Assembly (NCBI RefSeq): GCF_006345805.1
Contig: NW_021835581.1
Location: 1-26,687, forward strand
Length of the DNA stretch: 26,687 nucleotides
Reading direction: 5' to 3'
Source: Octopus sinensis
Taxonomy: Eukaryota
Shown here piece by piece: positions 10,861 to 24,119 of the stretch. The stretch's first letter is position 1. Each line of letters begins with the position of its first letter. A program made the position numbers and the translations under genes. The notes beneath the pieces were generated by a model, which saw only the letters and a program-made list of their open reading frames with translations, made no database searches and was not told the DNA's origin.

Positions 10861-11033
10861 GATGTACTTGATTATTTCCACACTTAAAAAATGTAGCGCC
10901 TTTTGTTGAACCACGGAAAAAGTCTTTATGTATGTATTAGTATTAGTATTTCCCTAATGATCCGTTGCGGTTAGGGAGCCAAATGCTCTTTGAAGATCGA
11001 ATGCCGGGTTCCAAACAACTGCAAATATGAAAC

Positions 11034-11274
11034 GTAGTCGAGTCGTGCCGACTCATAAGGGCTGGTTTCCCGGTTTTCATGGCGTACATATACCCCACCT
11101 GGGTGGGACGTCGGTCTGTCGCAAGATTACTCATTTTTGCCAGCTGAGTTCACTGGAGCGACGTAAAATGAAGTGTGTTGCTCAAGAGCACAACGCGCGG
11201 TCCAGTCCAGGAATCGAAACCACAATCTTACGAACGTGAGCCCAACACCCCTAAACACTAGGCCACGAGCCTCC
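11034..11274 (-). mobile_element. CORE-type SINE (tail type 2)
   Basis: The reverse complement shows a tRNA head, CTCTTGAGCAACACAC and CTCAGCTGGCAAAAATGAGT, then a different tail. 13-bp TSD GC(A/G)AATATGAAAC at 11021-11033 and 11275-11287. Confidence 0.88.
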
Positions 11275-11418
11275 GCGAATATGAAACTGGGTAGAAACTT
11301 ATAATTTACACTTGCGTTTATCTTAATTTCTCACTACACTCACTCACACACACACGCCCGCGCGCGTTGTCTTGAAGAATCTGTCATGCGATCCTTCCTT
11401 ACGATATTCTAATCGCTC

Positions 11419-11527
11419 GGAGGCACGTAGTTTAGTAGTTAGTGTGTTGGACATATGATCCTAAGATTGTGACTTCGATTACTGGACCGCGCGACGCGTC
11501 GTGTTCTTGAGCAAGACACTTTATTTA
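11419..11527 (+). mobile_element. Degenerate CORE-SINE head
   Basis: GGAGGCACGTAGTTTAGTAGTTAG...GTGTTCTTGAGCAAGACACTTTATTT. Confidence 0.75.
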
Positions 11528-11534
11528 GTAAACT

Positions 11535-11681
11535 CTGTCACATCTCAATGCGGAGACGTAGCGGCTCGACCAAGAGTGACTCCCTGATCTCCGAGCCACG
11601 AACCCTGTCGAGTATTCATACTCCATAGATCCCTATGAGAAACCCTATTTCGGCCGCCTGTATTTGCCTTCGTACTATTTT
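11535..11681 (-). mobile_element. RTE-clade (Rex3/Expander-like) LINE fragment
   Basis: Minus strand reads RRQIQAAEIGFLIGIYGV*ILDRVRGSEIRESLLVEPLRLRIEM, matching the RTE post-RT motif IQAAEM.FLRR...DRVRS..IRE.L.VEPLLL.IE. Confidence 0.75.
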
Positions 11682-11775
11682 GTTCAGTACCTAAAGGTTC
11701 ATAAGCACCTAAAAATATCATTGTATATGTTAGTAAGTCATAATGGCTTTACACGCGTACGTACGTATGTACGTA

Positions 11776-11850
<75 letters not shown>

Positions 11851-11865
11851 TAAATTAACAGAAAA

Positions 11866-11970
11866 CAAAAGACGAAGAACAACAAGCAGGTGTATTAGTT
11901 AACGCTTGGGAAGAATGGAAAAGTCCTTTACGTTTCGAGCCTAAGCTCTGGCAACAGAAAGGATAAGAGG
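11866..11970 (-). mobile_element. Short PLE pLTR-like fragment between (TA)n tracts
   Basis: Contains GAGC-TTAG-GCTC-GAAACGT on the minus strand, a hairpin-plus-GAAAC signature typical of PLE ends. Assigned by recognition only. Confidence 0.45.
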
Positions 11971-11988
11971 GGAAAAAAAAAAATATAT

Positions 11989-12032
<44 letters not shown>

Positions 12033-12052
12033 ATATACATGATCATATATTA

Positions 12053-12084
<32 letters not shown>

Positions 12085-12141
12085 TATATATATAATATAT
12101 ATATCGATATATAATATATATATATATATATAATATATATA

Positions 12142-12377
12142 TCGTTGCTATTATGCAAAAGTGTCGTAAGTCCAAAATGTTGCCGTTTCAGAAAACGAAA
12201 CAAAAATAGTTTCACCATTCCATAGCAAGACCGTTGTTCTACACTTTGGCAACTTTTGATATCTTGGCATCTGAAGCAGCTGGAGGATACGATAGTTTGA
12301 GCAAAAGAACTGGCTATTACAAAGAAAAATAAATATGGCCAAAAGTGGAAAACGACAGTTTAACATAATAGCAACGA
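12142..12377. mobile_element. 236-bp MITE inserted in (TA)n
   Basis: Terminal inverted repeat TCGTTGCTATTATG / CATAATAGCAACGA. It is perfect for 17 bp including the flanking ATA and continues imperfectly to ~35 bp. Flanked by TA. Confidence 0.85.
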
Positions 12378-12380
12378 TAT

Positions 12381-12434
<54 letters not shown>

Positions 12435-12659
12435 ATATATACATTAGTCATTGGTGTGCGGTGATGGTGGAGTACCACCTCAAACAAAAAATCGAACGTG
12501 TGTACCTATTCTTTTACAAGGAGAAGCCATTATAGTACATCATTATAGAGAGTGCGAAATCAAACTTAAATAGAAAACCATTTGTTGCTAACAATACCAA
12601 CCTATATAGAATTTCACAATATGTGTGCGTTTCTGACTGTCTGTCTGTATGTCGGTCTC

Positions 12660-13075
12660 TCTTTCTCTCTCTATTTCACTCTATATATGTGTGTGTGTGT
12701 GTGTGTGTGTCTGTGTCTCTCTGTGTGTCTGTGTCTGTGTGTGTATGTGTGTATGTATATATATATATAAATAGATAGATAGAGAGAGAGAAGGAGAGAG
12801 AGAAGGGAGAGAGAGAGAAAGAGAGAGAGAGAACTATATATATATAATATAGATATATATGTGTATATATATATACACACACATACATATACATATACAT
12901 ACAGGGAGAGAGAGAGAGCTACATACATACATACATACATGCATACATACATACATGCACATACATACATACATACATACATACATACATACATACATAC
13001 ATACATACACACAAGCGACATATGTACATATAGCTATATATAGAAGGAGGAGGAGGAGGGGAGGAGGAGGAGAAA
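12660..13075. repeat. Compound microsatellite: (TC)n, (TG)n, (GA)n, (CATA)n, (GAG)n
   Basis: Directly visible. Confidence 0.95.
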
Positions 13076-13300
13076 GAGTAACTAACGTAGCTCTATTAAT
13101 AGCATAGAGCTGTAAAATCAGCATGGAGATAGAGCGCACGTGACATAAATTATGATAGTAACCTGGAATTAACAGTTAAATAGTTTTAAATCCGGCAATG
13201 ACGTTTTTATCAATTACATCATTCCCATGATCCTTTGCTGCCTACTGTAAGAGAGTGGTAATAGTAATAGCAATAATAATAATAATAATAATAATAATAA

Positions 13301-14416
<1,116 letters not shown>

Positions 14417-14424
14417 AAGAAGAA

Positions 14425-14806
14425 GAAGAAAAATGCTTTCTAATTGATGTATCAATACCGGCAGATGACAACGTGTCTCTAAAAGAAATGGAGAAACTCT
14501 CAAAATACAAAGACCTGGAAATAGAGGTAACTAGAATGTGGAATCTGAAAACAGAAACAATTCCTATCATAGTAGGTGCATTAGGCATGATAAAAAAATA
14601 TTCAGACAAATACATAACAAAAACACCAGGACTTACAAACACATATAACATACAGAAAATTGCACTACTAGGCACTGCACACATCCTACGCAGAACACTT
14701 TCCATACAATAACCATCAGAGCATCACAACAAATCACAGCACATACCCAAGGCACACAGAGCTGCGCTCGGTAGTGAAGTGAAAGCACGCTATAAAAATA
14801 AAACTA

Positions 14807-14810
<4 letters not shown>
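14425..14810 (+). mobile_element. 5'-truncated R4/Dong-type RLE 3' end (family B, copy 1)
   Basis: Reads KCFLIDVSIPADDNVSLKEMEKLSKYKDLEIEVTRMW...IIVGALG...GTAHILRRTLSIQ*. ~100-bp 3'UTR, then an (AAT)n tail. Confidence 0.92.
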
Positions 14811-14875
<65 letters not shown>

Positions 14876-14887
14876 GAAGAAGAAGAA

Positions 14888-15267
14888 GAAGAAAAATGCT
14901 TCTAATTGATGTATCAATACGGCAGATGACAACGTGTCTCTAAAAGAAATGGAGAAACTCTCAAAATACAAAGATCTGGAAATAGAGGTAACTAGAATGT
15001 GGAATCTGAAAACAGAAACAATTCCTATCATAGTAGGTGCATTAGGCATGATAAAAAAATATTCAGACAAATACATAACAAAAACACCAGGACTTACAAA
15101 CACATATAACATACAGAAAATTGCACTACTAGGCACTGCACACATCCTACGCAGAACACTTTCCATACAATAAACATCAGAGCATCACAACAAATCACAG
15201 CACATACCCAAGGCACACAGAGCTGCGCTCGGTAGTGAAGTGAAAGCACGCTATAAAAATAAAACTA

Positions 15268-15270
<3 letters not shown>
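14888..15270 (+). mobile_element. 5'-truncated R4/Dong-type RLE 3' end (family B, copy 2; 461-bp tandem duplicate)
   Basis: Identical 79-aa ORF (14934..15173 versus 14473..14712), the same truncation point and the same (AAT)n(GAA)n leader. Confidence 0.92.
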
Positions 15271-15314
<44 letters not shown>

Positions 15315-15335
15315 TAATAATAATAATAATAATAA

Positions 15336-15547
15336 TCCTTTCTTTTATAGGCACATGGCTTGAAATTTTAAGGAGAGTATTAATCGATTATATGGACTCC
15401 AGTACTCAACTGTTACTCATTTTGTCGAATGAGAAAAGATGGAAGGTAAAGTCGACGTCGGCGGAATTTAAGCTCAGAATCTAAAGCCATAAAAAATGCC
15501 ACTAAGTATTTTTTGCTGCATGCTTAACGATTCTGCAAGCTCGGCAC
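15336..15547 (-). mobile_element. Degenerate SINE ('GCGAGCTGGCAG' family, GTGCCTA..GAAAGG tail)
   Basis: The reverse complement is similar to 10130-10329. Confidence 0.8.
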
Positions 15548-15562
15548 TTAATATTATTAATA

Positions 15563-17873
15563 ATAATTAATTCTGGTTTATTGGCCACAAGGGCTAACAA
15601 AAATCAAATACATCTAAGGACAAAGACAGGACGAAAAGTACAAAGGGTTTTGTCAGAAAGAAATGTCCGTGAAAACATTCTAAATAACAACGAAAAATAT
15701 AAAAAATAAATCTCCCAATAGGGAGAGGCGCTTCGAAAGGTTACTCGTGTAAAAACCCATAAAATCCACGGGAGCCTGGTCAAAAAGGGGTAGAGTGCCC
15801 CATCTCCTTTTATATTACTTTTTTTTCTTTTTAAAGGTGTAACCTCAGAATTGTTCCGTTCATACTGGCCATTTTCCCGACATTCACCCACCTTTCAATA
15901 AATTTGCTACGAGACAGCACTTCCTTCTCTACTCTCATCTTCTTTTTCAAGTGGAACTTGAAAAAGTTGATGAGGCCTTAGCCAAAGAGGAAAGTGTCTG
16001 ACGTTAGCCCTTTCAAACGGGTCCACTATACCACCTCTTTCGCTATAGCCACTAGACAAAGGAAAATTGCCTTGCCCTCCCGGTTAAAGGAGGTTGGCGG
16101 GGCAATCTTCACTATGGATTCAGCTGATAGCCGGATCCATCCTATACTCGACAGTAGCTGATCGACATAAACCCAGAGGTCAGCAATACCCGGGCACTGG
16201 ATGAGTGCGTGCAGAACGATTTCGTCGTCCTGAGCACACCTCGGGCAGGCTCAGCTGACGGCACTTCCGTGCCGGTAGAGTTTATCTCGAACAGGCAGCG
16301 CTCCTCGGTAGCACTGCCAGGCAAGAGACCTTTGGAAATTATCCATGGGCCCCGGCCCGAAAGTTCTTCCGAACTGACTGTTTAACTCATTATCGTCGAC
16401 GCCAAGAGTTTCCCTGAGAACGTCGTCGCACTTTTCTTTCACTAACCCTCTATAGAACGCTAGAGTGGAACTACTACCGATCGCATTTCCCGCTTGGCGG
16501 AGGGCAGAGGGCGGAGAGGGCTTGACGGCACTCGAGGTGCCAAGCCCCCTTTCTCGGTCTACGTTTGATCCAAGATTGCAGGTCTGTCAAAAAGACCAGC
16601 TACGGAAAGTCGTGTCTGACGAACGGCGACCACACCTGTTCACTGTCCAGGAAACACTTGAGATGTCGTAGCCTGAGTGCATGTCCGCGCATCAGCAACC
16701 ACGGCATGCCAAGGCCTCCGTTTAGCGGCTGTTGACAGCAGAGGGAGCGCCTGACCAGCGGTACCTGACCCTTCCACAGAAAGTCGAAGAGCAAACGTAC
16801 CAGCTTGGCCAACGAGCGGTCGGGACAAGGGACGATGGTCAATCGATAATAGATGATGGATGCGATGTACGCATTCGCCACCTCCGCTCGACCTTTCAGG
16901 GACAGCTTCCTCTCGGCCCATTTCTGGATGAGATTGGTCACCCTGCTCATCCCGAGCAGTTTAACGGGTCCGTCTGTCCAGCGCCCTACGACGCTGTTGG
17001 ACGGCATAGACTTGCCCCTCCAGGTGCCCAGTTGCAAGCCCACCGACTTTTCCGCGTTAATCTTCGCACCAGTCACCGCTTCGTATTCGCTTGTTTCTGA
17101 TTTAGCACTTGTGGTACTTGTGATGTTGGCTGCGGTGAAACTTCATTTTTCTTTGTTTCAGGGTAAAAAACCTTTAAGTGTTTTACACGTCCACATTTAT
17201 GGCATCTTCGCTTTCACCCCTCCACGAACACCGACAGGTGAGTACCATCCGGGAGATCGATTAGATCGGGCAGCTGGTCGATATGGACCTGCTTGTATTG
17301 AAACATAAGTTCCATACCTATACCTAACCAGTTTTGCTTAGGTAGTTTCTTGACCTCCAGTATTAAGACTTCATCTTCTAAACCTGCCAAGACGGCCGCC
17401 ACTAACCAGGTAATGGATATTTCTGGCGGCACATTCGGTACCCTAATCTTGGGAAGACGTTGACCGCGATAGCTAGGGATTAAGAAGCTGTCATTCTGCA
17501 AAATGGTTGCGGAATTACATCTAGCTTCTTCTTCCGTCCCAAATCTCACCTCAATGATTCCAAACTTCTTTCCTCGGGTGATGCGGGTCTTTTAGTCCCA
17601 CACGCGACCAAGGCATTTTTGTACTTTGCTCTCGGGAGCATTTTTCACCCGTCAAGACTTGACTCCGATGCAACGGTATGTGACCGTGCATCTTGCGATA
17701 TTTTCTAGCACGTCCAATGGAGAGTTTAAAGGTGCCTTTCTCCCATCTCTTTTAACAATTTTTCTAACAAATTTTAATTCTTTTTCATCTATGTGGAAGC
17801 ACTCCATATTTCTCGCTGCTGACACAAAAGAAACAGGGGCAATATTTGCATTTTTATGTTTTATTTATTTCGT

Positions 17874-17923
<50 letters not shown>

Positions 17924-18416
17924 AGCTGTTGTTGTTGCTGCTGCTGTCACTACTGTGCTGCTGTCACTGCTGCTGTTGCTGTTCTGTTTGACGACGCCTA
18001 AAGTTTTGACGTTGCTTAGAGACGAAACATTTTTTGCCCTGGTGACGTCATTAAGTTTAGCCCATTTGATGTTAATATTTTCATTTTTTCCCTTTTTTAA
18101 AAAATTTCTCAAAGAGCGCGTTCCTTTATCGAACGTCATGATGGCTTCTTTTTATCAGCCATCTTTAAAAATTGCGAAAAACTGCGAAATATTTGTTTTT
18201 GCTAAAAGCAGATAAAATTTGAAAATTATTTATGCGCACCTCCTGCAAAACGGGGGTGTTTCTACACAAAAAATACTATCTGCACAATCCAGACAATCTC
18301 TGAAATGTAATGGTAACAACAGAAATCAAAAGACGCGGGTTTAGCAGGCCGAAAGGATTACGAATATTTTTCAACTTAAGGAGAATCAAATTTCCGTGAC
18401 TTCACAGTATGACGGC
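15563..18416 (-). mobile_element. Tx1-like (L1 clade) LINE with a large internal deletion: ORF1 joined to the ORF2 C-terminal part; 5' boundary uncertain (18260-18416)
   Basis: The ORF1 remnant (~18139-17090) contains FGIIEVRFGTEEEA and the knuckle RRCHKCGRVKHLKVFYP. It joins abruptly at ~17090 to ORF2: YEAVTGAKINAEKS...KLSLKGRAEVANAYI...FDFLWKG...GGLG, LAWQCYRGALPVRDKL and CPRCAQDDEIVLHALIQC, with the stop at 15831. A ~260-bp 3'UTR follows. No endonuclease or RT core is present. Confidence 0.9.
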
Positions 18417-18438
18417 AATAATAATAATGATAATAATG

Positions 18439-18503
<65 letters not shown>

Positions 18504-18507
18504 TAAT

Positions 18508-20485
<1,978 letters not shown>

Positions 20486-20659
20486 TTATTATTATTTATG
20501 TTCGTGCAGCTTTTCAGAAATCCAAAAATCCAACGATGTGAACATCAGTATATATATGTTTTTTCTATCAGTAATTAAAAATAGAACATGGTGAATTGTT
20601 TTTTTTTTCAAGGCTAAAGTCAGCACTCTCATTAATCACTAGTAGTAGTAAACACATTT

Positions 20660-20830
20660 GACCTCTGCTGACCCTAAAGGTGTGAGGCCTCTTTTGTCTC
20701 CTTATCGCACAGGAATCTCCATTGCTGACCTCCTCACCATTTGCGGAATCTATTTACAGTCCTGTAGGATTTGGCTTATTCACCAGGCTGCTTCCCTTCC
20801 TCCTACTATTCCCTTCAACCCTCACATATT
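20660..20830 (-). mobile_element. Possible highly decayed RTE-type LINE C-terminal fragment
   Basis: Minus strand reads YVRVEGNSRRKG../AAW*ISQILQDC...VRR, which resembles the RTE motif VEG.R.RGRP...W...I..D. Weak match. Confidence 0.35.
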
Positions 20831-20885
20831 TATGATTATCTCACGTACAAGACAAAAGTTAAAATTAAACATTTAATAACATGGA

Positions 20886-21019
20886 AAGAAGAAGAAGAAG
20901 AAGAAGAAGAAGAAGAAGAAGAAGAAAGAAGAAGAAGAAGAAGAAGAAGAAGAAGAAGAAGAAGAAGAAGAAGAAGAAGAAGAAGAAGAAGAAGAAGAAG
21001 AAGAAGAAGAAGAAGAAGA
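20886..21019. repeat. (GAA)n tract
   Basis: Directly visible, ~44 units. Confidence 0.98.
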
Positions 21020-21478
21020 ATTTAACCGAAACTAATGTCGGATCAGAGGAAATATTAACAATGACAAATATTAAAAAATGAAAATAATATCTGTCATGAG
21101 GATAATAATAATGGAAGGAAGCAGTTGGAATCTCCCCATGTCTTGATTGATGATACATCTAGTGATGGTGCTACAATACAGTACACTGGTAACTGCACAA
21201 ACTGATAATCGCTACTTCATATGAGTGACAATGAGGAAACAAAATATTGCAAATATAACGATGGTAATGAAACTGAAGCCCTTGATGGTGACAGTGTTGC
21301 ACCCGGCAGGCTCAGAAATACTGGTCCGACTCCAGCCTGTCGTTATCCAGCAAGGGACCAGCAGACACGACGTAGGTGGAACAAACAAGTCAATGCCGTG
21401 GTTATGGAGTGTTAATACCTAAGCAACCCTGTAGACGAAAATGGTGTTCACATTAGGGGATGATACCGACAACGTATT
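21020..21478 (+). mobile_element. N-terminal (5') fragment of an R4/Dong-type RLE retrotransposon
   Basis: Reads TRRRWNKQVNAVVMEC*YLSNPVDENGVHIRG*YRQR, matching the R4-type N-terminal motif RR.W....N..VMECY(Y/F)LS.P......RGYR.R. Two in-frame stops. Cut off by (ATT)n at ~21480. Confidence 0.7.
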
Positions 21479-21481
21479 AGA

Positions 21482-21534
<53 letters not shown>

Positions 21535-21548
21535 CATCATCATCATCA

Positions 21549-21631
<83 letters not shown>

Positions 21632-21633
<2 letters not shown>

Positions 21634-21975
21634 GAGCGCAGAAATTTGAGGGAGGAGAACAGTGGCTTATATCAACCTTAGTACTTGATTGGTTGTTTAT
21701 TTCATCGACCCCAGAAAGACGAATTGCGAACATAATCTAAGTAAAATTTGGACTCAGAACACATAGAGCCTCAACATATAGACAATTTGTTCCCGCCTCT
21801 ACAATTCCTGCCTATCTACATCATTGAAATGTGGCGCAAGAAATATTTCCTTCTCTCGGTACAAGACGAGCAAAGACTTGAGGTTTTTTCAATTTTATCG
21901 ACCTCAGCCCTTGACTCGTACTTCATTATATCAACCCCGAAAAGATTAATGGTAAAGATGGCCACTGCGAGATAC
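21632..21975 (-). mobile_element. Two degenerate SINE remnants (~21632-21770 and ~21850-21975), preceded by (ATT)n at 21480-21631
   Basis: TTCATCGACCCCAGAAAG and TCAACCCCGAAAAGAT...GGTAAAG motifs are similar to the reverse complement of the 9714 family. Confidence 0.6.
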
Positions 21976-21977
21976 TA

Positions 21978-22312
21978 ACGGGTAAAGACCCCCTTCGGTC
22001 ATGAATGACCATGGGATTGCACCTAGAAAGTTACCCTCCTAGACACAAGTCCGGGCAAGGTTGTTTATAGAAGACCAGCAGTTGCCCATGCATACCGGCC
22101 TCCCCTCTCCACGCCACCAGTGTTATCCAAGGGAAAGACAGGTCGCTACAGCTTGGCACCAGTGACGTCGCAACTCATTCATACAGCTGAGTGAACTGGA
22201 GCAACGTGAAATAAAGTGCTTTGCTCAAGAACACAACACGCAGCCCGGTCCGGGATTCGAGCTCACAACCTCACGATCATAAGCTCGATGCTCTAACCTC
22301 TGAGCCATGCGC
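21978..22312 (-). mobile_element. CORE-type SINE (tail type 3)
   Basis: The reverse complement shows GCGCATGGCTCAGAGGTTAGAG (A-box), GAGCTCGAATCCC (B-box-like) and GTGTTCTTGAGCAAAGCAC (CORE-like), then a third tail ending ...GGGGGTCTTTACCCGTT. Confidence 0.88.
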
Positions 22313-22417
22313 TACTACGCAGCATTTTTCGGACGTTTTAACGACTCGATTAAATAATGCTATTATCATTAGCTACTCTTGAACAATGTGACTGACAGAA
22401 AATCTAGTCTCTTTGTG

Positions 22418-22462
<45 letters not shown>

Positions 22463-22607
22463 GTGCGTGCATGTGCGTGCGTGTATGTGTATGTGTGTAT
22501 GTTTTTATGTCTGTGATTATGTATAAGCTTGTGTATATGTATATCTTTATACGTGTACAGATTATATATATATACATGTATACATACATGCATACATACA
22601 TGCATAC

Positions 22608-23383
22608 AGGTTTATACTTGTAATTATTGGAGCACTGAGATATGTAGCACACTGCCTAAATACCAATCTTGAGAAATTAGGCTTCTCAAAAGCAAAAAGG
22701 AGAAAGCTGATTCGAAGATTACAGAACCAAGCCAGATTACAGATTTGAAGATTACATATCAAAGGAATACTGGTGGGATGTACCAGTGAAGCCTTCAATA
22801 AATTGTAAGTACACAGGCCCGATATAATGATTTGGAATGGAGAATAGAAACTGTGCACAGTTGTGGAAATTAGCTGTCCCACAGATGTTAACATGAAGAT
22901 CAGTGAAAAAGAGAACGCTTATGCTGAACTATTGAAACATCTGCAGTTACTCTATCCAGATGACAAGTTTAGGTATATACCTGTAATTATTGGTGCCCTG
23001 GGGTATGTAACACATTGCCTAAATACCAATCCTGAGAAATTAGGCTTCTCAAAACCAGAAAGGAGAAAGCTAATTCGAAAACTACAGGTCCAAACCATCA
23101 CTGGAACTGTAAAAATCTGTAAAACTTTCCAGAAGTTTATCATTTAAATATATATGAGCATGACTAGATATGTAACTATATGCATAATAATATATACATA
23201 AAATATACAAATCTGCACATTCACGCACACATACATACATACATACATACATACATACATACATACATACATACATACAAAAATATTCTATTGTTGATGT
23301 TGAAATTCCAGTGAAGTAATTTGTATCTAGGTTAAAAACCGTTTCTTTCTCAAATGGCAAGAAATCTTGAAATAAACTAAATT
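22608..23383 (+). mobile_element. RLE non-LTR retrotransposon 3' end (family C, (CATA)n-associated), with a partial duplicate (22608-22733) fused in front
   Basis: Reads KEYWWDVPVKPSINCK..RPDIMIWNGE*KLCTVVEISCP..KISEKENAY...VIIGALG...GTVKICKTFQKFII*. The 3'UTR has an internal (CATA)n at ~23229-23278 and ends in TACATACATAC. Confidence 0.88.
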
Positions 23384-23397
23384 ACATACATACATGC

Positions 23398-23447
<50 letters not shown>

Positions 23448-23449
<2 letters not shown>

Positions 23450-23680
23450 CGGAGATGTACTTGCATAGCAAGTGATTTGATCTGAGATCGTGTGCTGAAA
23501 CGAAAACAATTGCAGCGTGGAAGGTGTATGTAAGCCATTTAAGAAACACACAAAAGCCGTTCGATTCACTTCAACATTTAAGTTTAATTTGTCAAAATAG
23601 TTTCGTCGCTTTAAGACAGTGACCTGTTCACTGACAAAAATCCGTGCTGCATCCGAGAAAGTAACTATACTGAGACTGAT
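23448..23680 (-). mobile_element. Short non-coding element with a hammerhead-like fold near its 5' end (PLE pLTR-derived or retrozyme-like)
   Basis: A ~230-bp non-microsatellite block ending at (TA)n. It contains the fold at 23588-23638. The element assignment is inference. Confidence 0.5.
23588..23638 (-). ncRNA. Candidate type-I hammerhead ribozyme, G3-C8 core variant (this copy partly decayed)
   Basis: rc reads UUUGUCA|GUGAACA|G|GUCAC-UGUCUUAAA-GCGAC|GAAA|CUAU|UU^|UGACAAA. It has a 7-bp stem I, stem II at 4/5 pairs, an extra G after A9, and a stem III mismatch. Confidence 0.55.
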
Positions 23681-24000
23681 GTGTCAAAAGAATATTCAGG
23701 GGGAATTAAAAATTTAAAACACAACTGATTAAACATTGTTGTGTTGTCCACAAAGAAAATTTATGTTCTGCAGTGGAAATCAGCTGCCCTCTGGACACCA
23801 ACGTCGTTAGAAAAATACAAGAGAAAGAGAACATCTATGGAGCATTGTTAAAGAGTTTGCAAATCCATTATTATTGGAGCAACAGGATACATACCAACCA
23901 GTCTGGAGCAATGTATGGTTGAACTTGGGATCTTGGGGAGAAAATGCGAATCATTATTTCATACACTATAAATGGTCATGATTTCTGGGACCGCAGAAAA
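23680..24000 (+). mobile_element. Decayed RLE 3' fragment related to family C
   Basis: Reads KHN*LNIVV/KENLCSAVEISCPLDTNVVRKIQEKENIYGALLKSLQ/IIIGATGYIP... Confidence 0.8.
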
Positions 24001-24119
24001 GGGACAGTAATTCTTACGATTTAAAGGATGATGAACAAAACAAAATGTTTTCCTTCATAAACTTGCTACAAAACAGGTAGCCGAACAAAAGTGATTCTAA
24101 ATTAAAAAGAAGAAAAGAA

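Noticed and set aside
11924-11963. Hammerhead-like hairpin GAGC-UUAG-GCUC-GAAACGUA with a possible UCCUU/AAGGA stem I
   Set aside because: The upstream core (CUGUUGCCA) cannot be fitted to NUGANNA. It is kept only as a PLE-end signature.
13089-13109. GCTCTAT-TAATAGC-ATAGAGC hairpin
   Set aside because: A 7-bp stem in AT-rich DNA is expected by chance, and there is no associated feature.
16465-17925. Plus-strand ORFs 16465..16671, 16732..17100, 16853..17308 and 17626..17925
   Set aside because: They are antisense shadows of the GC-richer Tx1 coding sequence and carry no independent motifs.
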